Origin: a virus
DNA: 64,000 bases
Virus record (IMG/VR): IMGVR_UViG_3300036652_000269
Location: 25,279-89,278 of that record
Direction: 5' to 3' (one strand)
A program made the position numbers and the translations under genes. Under the pieces are notes generated by a model. It worked only from the letters and a program-made list of their open reading frames with translations, was not told the origin of the DNA and searched no databases. Of the stretch, positions 37,811 through 45,033 are shown one piece after another. Numbering within the stretch: the stretch's first letter is position 1; every line of letters begins with the position of its first letter.

Positions 37811-38758
37811 TCAGTTGTCTTTCTGCGAGTTGGGAGCGTCGTCGTCTTCGTCATCCAGATCGTCGGGGCTGGCCATCCCCGGTGGCAGGGCCAGTTGGCG
37901 CTTCACTTCTTCCGGAGCATCTTCGGCTTCGTCCACCAGTTCGGCATCTTCTATGTCGTCCATGCCCAGTAGCCGGGGGTCGATCAGGTTGGCAGCTTGC
38001 AGGGCCTTCACCACCGCTGCCGTTCGAGCACTGTCGTCCCGCAACAGTTCGTCCTTGATGTTGACTGTCACATCGAAATCCCCGGTGATGCCGATGGGAC
38101 CACCATCCGCCCCGGTTATCTCATGCTTCTGCACGTCGGTGCCCAAGGCCCGCTGGCCCACCTGCTGGAACATCGCCAACGACTTGGACAGGCCATCTAG
38201 CTCGCGGTAGTTGACGGTCGGGTACAGTTCCCACTTTTCCACCGGCAGCCCCGCGTTCAGTCGGGCCACCGCTTCGTTCCGGCGGTCGGTGGCACCGGGT
38301 AGCTCTTTGACAATCTCACTGAGGCGTTGGGCGATCAGGCCCTGGCCCAGCTTAGCCGCGTTCAGTGATGTCTCATCGAACCTCAGAGCTTCGTCACTTA
38401 GCTTTTTGATACGTGCCTTCTGCCGGTCGATGGCCAACCGAGCCTGGAAGTCAGAACGCTTTTCGGACCATCGTTCGGCAGCACTGTGGGCCCGCACTGT
38501 TTCGTACGGTGCCCCGTAGTGTTCGGCTATCTCTTTGAGATTCATCATCTTGCGTTCGTCGGTGTTGCTGCCCAGCGTCAACCCTTCGATGAATGTCTGA
38601 CTGATAGTCTCCCAGTCATACTTCGTGGCATGTTTCCGGGTTGTCACTGTGATAGTGCCGGTACCGGGCTTCTTCCGTGGTCGTCTAGCTGGCTGTCTAG
38701 CTGACTGACTAGGTGCCTGACTAGTGGGCTGACCTGCGGTTTTACGTGGAGTAGGCAC
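37811..38758 (-). CDS. terS: Terminase small subunit (putative)
   Basis: YDW..I...F, HTH (LKEIAEHYGAPYETVR...ERW..KR) and KHEITGADGGPI motif typical of TerS; start uncertain (38758 or 38869). Confidence 0.7.
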   Translation of the reverse strand: MPTPRKTAGQPTSQAPSQSARQPARRPRKKPGTGTITVTTRKHATKYDWETISQTFIEGLTLGSNTDERKMMNLKEIAEHYGAPYETVRAHSAAERWSEKRSDFQARLAIDRQKARIKKLSDEALRFDETSLNAAKLGQGLIAQRLSEIVKELPGATDRRNEAVARLNAGLPVEKWELYPTVNYRELDGLSKSLAMFQQVGQRALGTDVQKHEITGADGGPIGITGDFDVTVNIKDELLRDDSARTAAVVKALQAANLIDPRLLGMDDIEDAELVDEAEDAPEEVKRQLALPPGMASPDDLDDEDDDAPNSQKDN

Positions 38759-39195
38759 TTGTCGTCGTCCTAGTTCGTCCTGGTGGTGGATGGTCTGTGA
38801 ATGACCTGCGGTTGACCTGTGGTGTGATCCGGTCCAGCGTGACTGTGGGTTCGATACTCGTTCCGCCACTGTAGTACAGCTGTGCCCCGTTGTAGGGTCA
38901 TCGCTGCCACCGGGTAGCTGTACGGGCTGCTAAGCCGATAGGACCTTCCCCGCCCGGTCATGTAGGGTCGGTGGGTTTCGGGGCTTCTACGTCCCGCTCA
39001 GCCCGTCCACAGACCCGGTCTGCCGCTGGTGCCGGACCTGCATCCGGTGAACATGGGCGACGAAGTTGGCTCGGGCAGCCTTCTTGGTCGGCCAGGGCTG
39101 GCTACGTCCCAGACAGGCACACCGCCATGTCCACCCGGCACCGTCCCGGCCCATCGCCACCAGGTAGTGCGCGGCGGTCGATGATGGAATGACAG

Positions 39196-39447
39196 TCATC
39201 GGGCGTAGTCGTCAGGTTCTTCTCCAACCAAGTTGGCCACCTGCACTGTCGGATTGACAGGCAGACCTTTGCAGTACCGGTATTCGTAGTCCTGCCAGTA
39301 CCGGTGCGGCAGGTGCTCTCTGGGTTCGTCGCACCGTATGACGAAGATGATCGTGTCGTAGTCGTCAACGTCAACCATGGCTCTCTGCCACCTTTTCATT
39401 GTGAAAGTCAACCGTATCCTGCTTGACCGGTAGCCCCAGCACGGCAC
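39196..39447 (-). CDS. Hypothetical protein
   Basis: C-x5-H-x2-H...C motif; start probably internal. Confidence 0.4.
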   Translation of the reverse strand: MPCWGYRSSRIRLTFTMKRWQRAMVDVDDYDTIIFVIRCDEPREHLPHRYWQDYEYRYCKGLPVNPTVQVANLVGEEPDDYAR

Positions 39448-39610
39448 ACGCGATCAGATACAGACTAGGTAGGTCGGTGTCCCGTGGTGCCGTGAAGTGA
39501 CGGATGGGCAGCGCTGGGTTGCTTGCTCTGGCCCGCCAGACCACACCATCGTCGTCTTCAATGTCCGGTCCCCATGTCGTGACCACACAGTCTGTGAAGA
39601 CGACTGTCAC
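39371..39610 (-). CDS. Hypothetical protein
   Basis: 79 aa, coupled. Confidence 0.45.
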   Translation of the reverse strand: MTVVFTDCVVTTWGPDIEDDDGVVWRARASNPALPIRHFTAPRDTDLPSLYLIACAVLGLPVKQDTVDFHNEKVAESHG

Positions 39611-39933
39611 TGTGGCTCTCCTTGGGTTGGGAGGATGGACCGAAGACGGCGCGCTGCATCGAGGGTCGCGCCAGCCATCACGATCGCCGCTAGGCCGTCC
39701 TCGTCGGTCTTCGCAAGAAGGACTCGGCCGCGATGCTTGTCACACTCAGCGTCGAACTCGTCGGCCAGCGCCTGGATCTTCTCCACTAGCGCGGTCTCTC
39801 GGCGTTGCAGGACGGGAAGGACAGCATCGGCGTGGTCGCGGTAGAAATGCCAGCCTTCGGTGACGTTGTCGCAGCAGCGTCGGCGATGGATTGCCTGCGC
39901 GATCTCGTCTCGTAGCGCCTCTTGGTCACTCAT
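39607..39933 (-). CDS. Hypothetical protein
   Basis: 108 aa with GGAGG RBS. Confidence 0.5.
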   Translation of the reverse strand: MSDQEALRDEIAQAIHRRRCCDNVTEGWHFYRDHADAVLPVLQRRETALVEKIQALADEFDAECDKHRGRVLLAKTDEDGLAAIVMAGATLDAARRLRSILPTQGEPQ

Positions 39934-39960
39934 CGGTGCTGCCCTCCGGTCCTTCCTGGC

Positions 39961-40233
39961 TCATTTCGCATCCTCCATGGGTGTGGCACGACGGTCTGCC
40001 ATGATGCGAACGAGGAACTGTTCGATGTCGTTCAGACAGTCCTTGTTCCACATCGTGTGCTGCGTGGGGAAGAAGACGTACTGCCGCCAGCGACCTGCCC
40101 ACTTGATGATGCCGAGTAAGTCACCGTGGTTGACCGAGTAGATATGCCAAACGTCTGTCTTCCGACCAACCAACGGATCGTGCTTTCGAAACGACAGGTA
40201 CTTGGTGGTGACGGTATTGGTAGTCGCTGTCAT
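39961..40233 (-). CDS. Hypothetical protein
   Basis: KT..W......LG.IKW...WRQY.F.P pattern common in phages. Confidence 0.55.
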   Translation of the reverse strand: MTATTNTVTTKYLSFRKHDPLVGRKTDVWHIYSVNHGDLLGIIKWAGRWRQYVFFPTQHTMWNKDCLNDIEQFLVRIMADRRATPMEDAK

Positions 40234-40443
40234 GATGACAAGATCGCCTTTCGTAGTTCGTCCGCTAGATGGTGATAACCCGATCTGCGTGCTCGGATGC
40301 GGGAATCGCTTTCGGTGTCCAACCCGAAGTGCACATGGCAGTGTGGGTCGGTCCAGCCACAAGAACACCGGACGTAGTAGCCGTGGTGGTAGCTCAGCTT
40401 GACGCGATGGGCTTCCAGTGTCCGCACCAGCACGTCGGGCGAT

Positions 40444-40713
40444 TCAGGTGGTGGCGTCATCTACCGCATTTCCCAGTGCGTGCTTGGCTTCCGGTGAAGG
40501 CCACGGCCCGACTCGCAGTTCGACATACGGTTGCGGGCTGCCGTCGTCACCGTACGGATACCAGATCACCCGCCGCACCACTCCCATCCGGGAGTCACCC
40601 AGTTCGATGATGTCGTCAGTGCGGGGGATCGGGAAGTGCGGGTAGGTGTCCGGCCATTCGATGTCTGGATCGGGCGAGAAGTCTTCCGTCACTACAACGA
40701 CGGGGATTGTCAT
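40444..40713 (-). CDS. Hypothetical protein
   Basis: 89 aa. Confidence 0.45.
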   Translation of the reverse strand: MTIPVVVVTEDFSPDPDIEWPDTYPHFPIPRTDDIIELGDSRMGVVRRVIWYPYGDDGSPQPYVELRVGPWPSPEAKHALGNAVDDATT

Positions 40714-40722
40714 CTTGACATG

Positions 40723-41055
40723 TCACCCCTTCAGGTTGTCATGCAGATAGTGGAGTTCGGTGTTCAGTGCTTCGACTTCGGCTTCAGCTGCGATGGCCCG
40801 GTTCAGCAACGCTGCCACCAGTGGGTCTTCCACGTCCATCGTTTCGGTCAGTGCATCGATGGTGCGCTTCATGTTCCGACGGGCCAAGTCGCGGTAGAAC
40901 CCGACCTCTGATTGCAGCTTGCGTTCCAAGGCTGCTGCTTCCCAGCTGTGTCGACCAAGGTGACCCTTCTTGCGATCACACGCGGTGTATTCGGTCATGG
41001 GCTGAATCCAGCACAGCGGTTCGGGTGATGGTTCATAGTTGTTGGGCAGTGTCAT
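40723..41055 (-). CDS. Hypothetical protein
   Basis: 110 aa. Confidence 0.5.
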   Translation of the reverse strand: MTLPNNYEPSPEPLCWIQPMTEYTACDRKKGHLGRHSWEAAALERKLQSEVGFYRDLARRNMKRTIDALTETMDVEDPLVAALLNRAIAAEAEVEALNTELHYLHDNLKG

Positions 41056-41078
41056 CCTGATAGTTCCCTTCTTAGGGC

Positions 41079-41795
41079 TTACGGTGCGATGGAGCCGTGC
41101 TTGCGGAACAGTTCACGGGTGATCGGCATGATGTTGGCCCACTGTGATTCCATCTTCTGGGCCACTCGCTCGATTTCCCACATCGGGAACGACTTGAAGC
41201 TGCTGTCGTCGTGCTTGGTACGCAGCGACAGAAAGTTCATCAAGGACCGTGCGTTGCAGGTCACGTACATTGACGAGTAGATGTACACCGGCAACACACC
41301 GCGAGACACTTCCTTGGCAATCCCAGCCGCCAGCAGTTCTTCGTATGCACTGTAGGTGTCTTCGAAGTGGCCTTTCATTGTGTCAAGGAGTTGTTCATAC
41401 TGTTCGTGTGTACCTTCCACATAGTTGTAGTGGCCAGGCTTGCCGACCTGCACCAGTGGGCGAACTGGCGGCGGCACGTAGAACATCGGTTCCAACTGCA
41501 TGTAGCGACCGCTGGCTTCGTTGTATGAAAACCCTATCCTGTGTCGCTGGAACTCGCGGAAGACGGCGATGGGTGCCGACACGAAGAAGGTGAAGGCGTT
41601 GTGTTCGAAGGGGCTACCGTGCCGGTTCCGCATCAGGAAGTCGAGGAACTTCTCTGTCTCTTCATTGGTGTAGTTCCTGGTAGCCGTAGCTAGCTGGCCC
41701 AGGGTGCTGACCTTCGCGGCATCGACCACCGCTTCGTCGTTGCCCATGAACCGGATCAGTTCAACTTTCAGTTCACTAGTCAGTTTGACGGGCAT
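41079..41795 (-). CDS. thyX: FAD-dependent thymidylate synthase
   Basis: HGSPFEH, REFQRHR...SYNEASGRY, E.SR.VLP, NARSL.NF..LR, WEI. Confidence 0.95.
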   Translation of the reverse strand: MPVKLTSELKVELIRFMGNDEAVVDAAKVSTLGQLATATRNYTNEETEKFLDFLMRNRHGSPFEHNAFTFFVSAPIAVFREFQRHRIGFSYNEASGRYMQLEPMFYVPPPVRPLVQVGKPGHYNYVEGTHEQYEQLLDTMKGHFEDTYSAYEELLAAGIAKEVSRGVLPVYIYSSMYVTCNARSLMNFLSLRTKHDDSSFKSFPMWEIERVAQKMESQWANIMPITRELFRKHGSIAP

Positions 41796-42087
41796 CAAAA
41801 ACTTCTCCTTTGGTTGGTGGGTCAACGTAAGTCACCTTGTCCAGCCGTATCGCCAGCTGGATCGGTGTGGTTTCATAGCGGTCGAAGAACCCTCGGCAGA
41901 TAGCGTTGTCACCCTGCAAAGTGTCGTGGCAGATCAACGCACTGTCTGCTTGCAAGTTGGCAGCTATGAGATTCTTCAGCCTGCCGGGCGTCAACTGCAT
42001 CAGATTGCCGGGTCGGAAGACACACGTGCTGCACTGTTCGGACAGCACGTGCACCCGTCCGTCCCGGAAGGCATTGTGTCGGGGCAT
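41776..42087 (-). CDS. Cys-rich hypothetical protein
   Basis: CSTCVFR...ICH...ICRGF. Confidence 0.55.
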   Translation of the reverse strand: MPRHNAFRDGRVHVLSEQCSTCVFRPGNLMQLTPGRLKNLIAANLQADSALICHDTLQGDNAICRGFFDRYETTPIQLAIRLDKVTYVDPPTKGEVFDARQTD

Positions 42088-42318
42088 CTACTTGGTGGCT
42101 TCCAGCATTTCGTTGATACGCCGAGCAAGCAACCGGGCCTGGGCACGTGTCAGATCGACAACCAGATGACGGCTATCACCACTGCTGGTGATGAACCCTG
42201 GCACCTCCCTGGCCAGCACGACCCTGACTTCTTTCGTATTGATAGTCCGGACGTACGAACCATCTTTTTCGAGATGGCGGTTGAAGCACCATACTGTGCT
42301 GGGCTTGTGAACGGCCAT
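42088..42318 (-). CDS. Hypothetical protein
   Basis: 76 aa, abuts neighbours. Confidence 0.45.
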   Translation of the reverse strand: MAVHKPSTVWCFNRHLEKDGSYVRTINTKEVRVVLAREVPGFITSSGDSRHLVVDLTRAQARLLARRINEMLEATK

Positions 42319-42442
42319 TAGCTGAACACTTTTTCCGTGAATGAATAACCGTCGATGTCCAGGTACATCCCACCCGCATCGATGAAGTGGCTGGTGTTGT
42401 AGCGCAAGAAGTAGTTCGTTCCCATTAGGTCACCTTTCATAG

Positions 42443-42484
42443 AAACAAAACAGCGGGGCCGAGTCCGAAGACCCGACCCCGCTG
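42443..42484 (-). terminator. Rho-independent terminator
   Basis: CAGCGGGG..CCCCGCTG stem followed by TTTTGTTT on the minus strand. Confidence 0.75.
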
Positions 42485-43148
42485 CCCGAAGGGACTACCA
42501 ACCAGGGACACACATGCGATGCCGATGGTAGGCAGGCGTTCCGCAGACCGTCAAGCGGTGCAGTCGTCACACACCCAGTTCATGCGCCCACGGTACATTT
42601 TGATCTGTGCACTTGACACCGGCACGTCATTCATGCACACCACACATTCGACGGTGTGGTCCTTGGTCTTCTTCACCGCTGTCCTTCCTTGCGAGTGTGG
42701 ATGTGGATGCCGCAACGGTGTGTTCGGTGACTGCCTTGTAGGACACACAGGTCGGTGCAGAAGTCACAGAATCGAGTGCACACCGGCTTGTCACGATGAC
42801 AAAGCTGCCCGCAGTAGCAGTGCCCGATCATGCCGTCCTTGATACCGCAGTGTGGTCCACATTGGTCAGTCAGTCGCGTTAGTTCTGGTTTCATTCAGAT
42901 ACCCTTCGAAGTCCTTTGCTGTCTGGATGACAGTTTCACGTCCGGATGGTTTGGCACTTGCGGATAGACAAGCTAGACCGTGATGGATGACGGCTGCGAA
43001 CAGTGCCCAGACCCTGGTGGGGACCTCGACGGTGGGTCGGGCGGGTGATGGTGCCATGGTGGTGCCTTCCTGACCTGCGTAGGACGCCCGTAGCGGGCTT
43101 GAAGGGGTTCCGGGCTTGTCAGGGGCTTGGGAACGGCCCCGGTGGCTT

Positions 43149-43550
43149 CTAGGACCGTCTGAGGGCTTCGGCCAGGCTGCCGATGACGCCCTTGTGGTTG
43201 AAGAAGATGATCGACCCAGGTATCTGAACGACAACTCCGATCAGCCCAGGCATCGTCGCACGGATGTCGTGCTTGGACGGCAGGGGCGAATGGAAGCTGC
43301 AATGGGTGTGGGCGTACCCGACGATGCGGGGTACTTCATCGACCCCGATGGTGTCGAGAAGGTCTTCCTTGGTGATCTGGTAGTGGTTCTGTGGATCAGG
43401 GTGACTGTTGTGCACCCGAACTATCTCTTCGATAAACCTACGCTGCCCGATGACCCGGCCCAGCATGACGCCACAGTGTTCCTGCTTGTCGTCCCGAACT
43501 AGGTCCATCAGGTGATTGATGTTGACGCGGATGTTGTGTAGCCCCGGCAC
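43149..43550 (-). CDS. JAB/MPN (Mov34) metalloprotease
   Basis: E(HCG)...N...IVGYAHTH-x8-S-x2-D. Confidence 0.8.
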   Translation of the reverse strand: MPGLHNIRVNINHLMDLVRDDKQEHCGVMLGRVIGQRRFIEEIVRVHNSHPDPQNHYQITKEDLLDTIGVDEVPRIVGYAHTHCSFHSPLPSKHDIRATMPGLIGVVVQIPGSIIFFNHKGVIGSLAEALRRS

Positions 43551-43571
43551 GACTTTCTCCTAGATATGAAG

Positions 43572-43608
43572 AAAGGCACCGCCCCCGAAGAAGGTGGGGA
43601 CGATGCCT
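43572..43608 (-). terminator. Stem-loop after Arg-rich protein gene
   Basis: AGGCA.CG.CCC...GGGGACGATGCCT, followed by TTTCTT on the minus strand. Confidence 0.55.
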
Positions 43609-43625
43609 GACTTCAGTGCGGTTGG

Positions 43626-43967
43626 TTAGCGACCCGTGGCCCGACGTGCGGCGGTGGGGCGACGAGCAACCCGCGTGGCAGCCGCAGCCGGGGCCGGGGC
43701 AGCACGACGGGCGGCACCGGGACGACGGGCGACCCGACCGCCACCACCCAGGGCGGCAAGGGCACGCTGACCGGCAGGGGTGGAACGCTCCCGCTCCATC
43801 TGCGCCAGCTGACGACGGCCACCGGAACTGATGTTGCCGGAACGCGCGTCCGAGATCAGCGTGCGCCGGATGCGCTCGTTGCCGGTCGCACCGGAACCGG
43901 GGCGCGAACCCTGGCTGACGATGTTGGGGAGTTCCGCAGCAAGTGCGGTCGCAATGGCATTGGCCAT
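43626..43967 (-). CDS. Small Arg/Ala/Gly-rich basic protein
   Basis: 113 aa from MANAIA; GAAAGGA RBS; 21 Arg, no Lys, no aromatic residues. Confidence 0.7.
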   Translation of the reverse strand: MANAIATALAAELPNIVSQGSRPGSGATGNERIRRTLISDARSGNISSGGRRQLAQMERERSTPAGQRALAALGGGGRVARRPGAARRAAPAPAAAATRVARRPTAARRATGR

Positions 43968-44084
43968 TGGTAACACATCCTTTCGTGACATGGCACCGGG
44001 CCACCATCGCTGGTGTTCTCCCCAGGGCCGGGTTGGCAACCACCATCGTGTCATACCCGATACCAGACTGCCTACCAATCCCGG

Positions 44085-44966
44085 CTACGGGCGTGCCGTC
44101 AGTCGGTCCGACAACCCGAGCAGGCAGTTCATCACCGTGTAGTTGGCCAGTACCGATGTGATACCCGCTGGGTCACGGCTGGGCAGCACTTCGGTCAGCG
44201 ATATGCCACTGATGCCGATCTGTGCGCAGAGGTTCTGCACCCATGGCAGCACCTGTCGTGGGTTCAGTCCCATCGGTTCGGGGGCACCGGTACCGGGTGC
44301 ATAGGCCGGGTCGAACACATCGATGTCGATGGCCAGCCATGTCGATTGCTCGTGGCCGGTCAACTTGTCGTGAATGTCAGCCACCCAGTCAGTGACGTGG
44401 ATGGCATTGTGCCCAACGCTTGCATAGTGTTTCCACACCTTGGCTGTCGGTCCGAAACAGCGATGCCCGATCAGCCATGCTTCCGACACAGTGCCCACGT
44501 CCAGAGCGAACCGCATCCACGAACCGTGGTCGTAGTCTTCGTCGGTTTCCGGTTCCCAGATATCTGAATGAGCATCCAGGTGCACCACCCTGACCTGTTC
44601 ACCCGCCTGGCTTGCCAAGGCGTGCAGGCATGGGTAGGTGATGCTGTCGTCCCCACCCAGCACGATGGGCACGGCACCCAACGCGAGTGTTTCGTACACC
44701 CGGTCGAACACCTGATCGGTTGCCTTCTTGTGACTGGACCTGACATCGGTGTCGCCTAAGTCGCACACTTTCACTGTGACACTGCGTTTGGACGACGCAT
44801 CGTAAATCTCGTTGTGCGGCCAGTTCGCTGCTGATCGGATGGCCTGTGGTGCGTCACGCTGTCCACCGTGCCCCGTGCTGCCACCGTCATACGGCACACC
44901 CAACACCGCGACCTGATACCCGCGTGCCGTCGATACGTACGGGTATCCGTTGTAGGTCAGTTCCAT
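44085..44966 (-). CDS. Arginase/agmatinase-family ureohydrolase
   Basis: GVPYD, DLGD, GGDDS, DAHSD, HGS, DIDVFDP..APGTG.PEP.G, TE; start MELTY with AGGAGA RBS. Confidence 0.9.
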   Translation of the reverse strand: MELTYNGYPYVSTARGYQVAVLGVPYDGGSTGHGGQRDAPQAIRSAANWPHNEIYDASSKRSVTVKVCDLGDTDVRSSHKKATDQVFDRVYETLALGAVPIVLGGDDSITYPCLHALASQAGEQVRVVHLDAHSDIWEPETDEDYDHGSWMRFALDVGTVSEAWLIGHRCFGPTAKVWKHYASVGHNAIHVTDWVADIHDKLTGHEQSTWLAIDIDVFDPAYAPGTGAPEPMGLNPRQVLPWVQNLCAQIGISGISLTEVLPSRDPAGITSVLANYTVMNCLLGLSDRLTARP

Positions 44967-44987
44967 CTTTCTCCTAGACATAGACAA

Positions 44988-45019
44988 GGGCAGGGCCATG
45001 TCGCACCATGGCCCTGCCC
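44988..45019. terminator. Perfect 13-bp stem-loop between DUF4417 and ureohydrolase genes
   Basis: GGGCAGGGCCATG-TCGCAC-CATGGCCCTGCCC. Confidence 0.55.
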
Positions 45020-45033
45020 AGCTTGGGTGTCCG

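Noticed and set aside
38680-38745. CTAG/CTGA-rich short repeats
   Set aside because: Probably encode the low-complexity N-terminus of TerS (QPTSQAPSQSARQ); no independent support for a pac or regulatory site.
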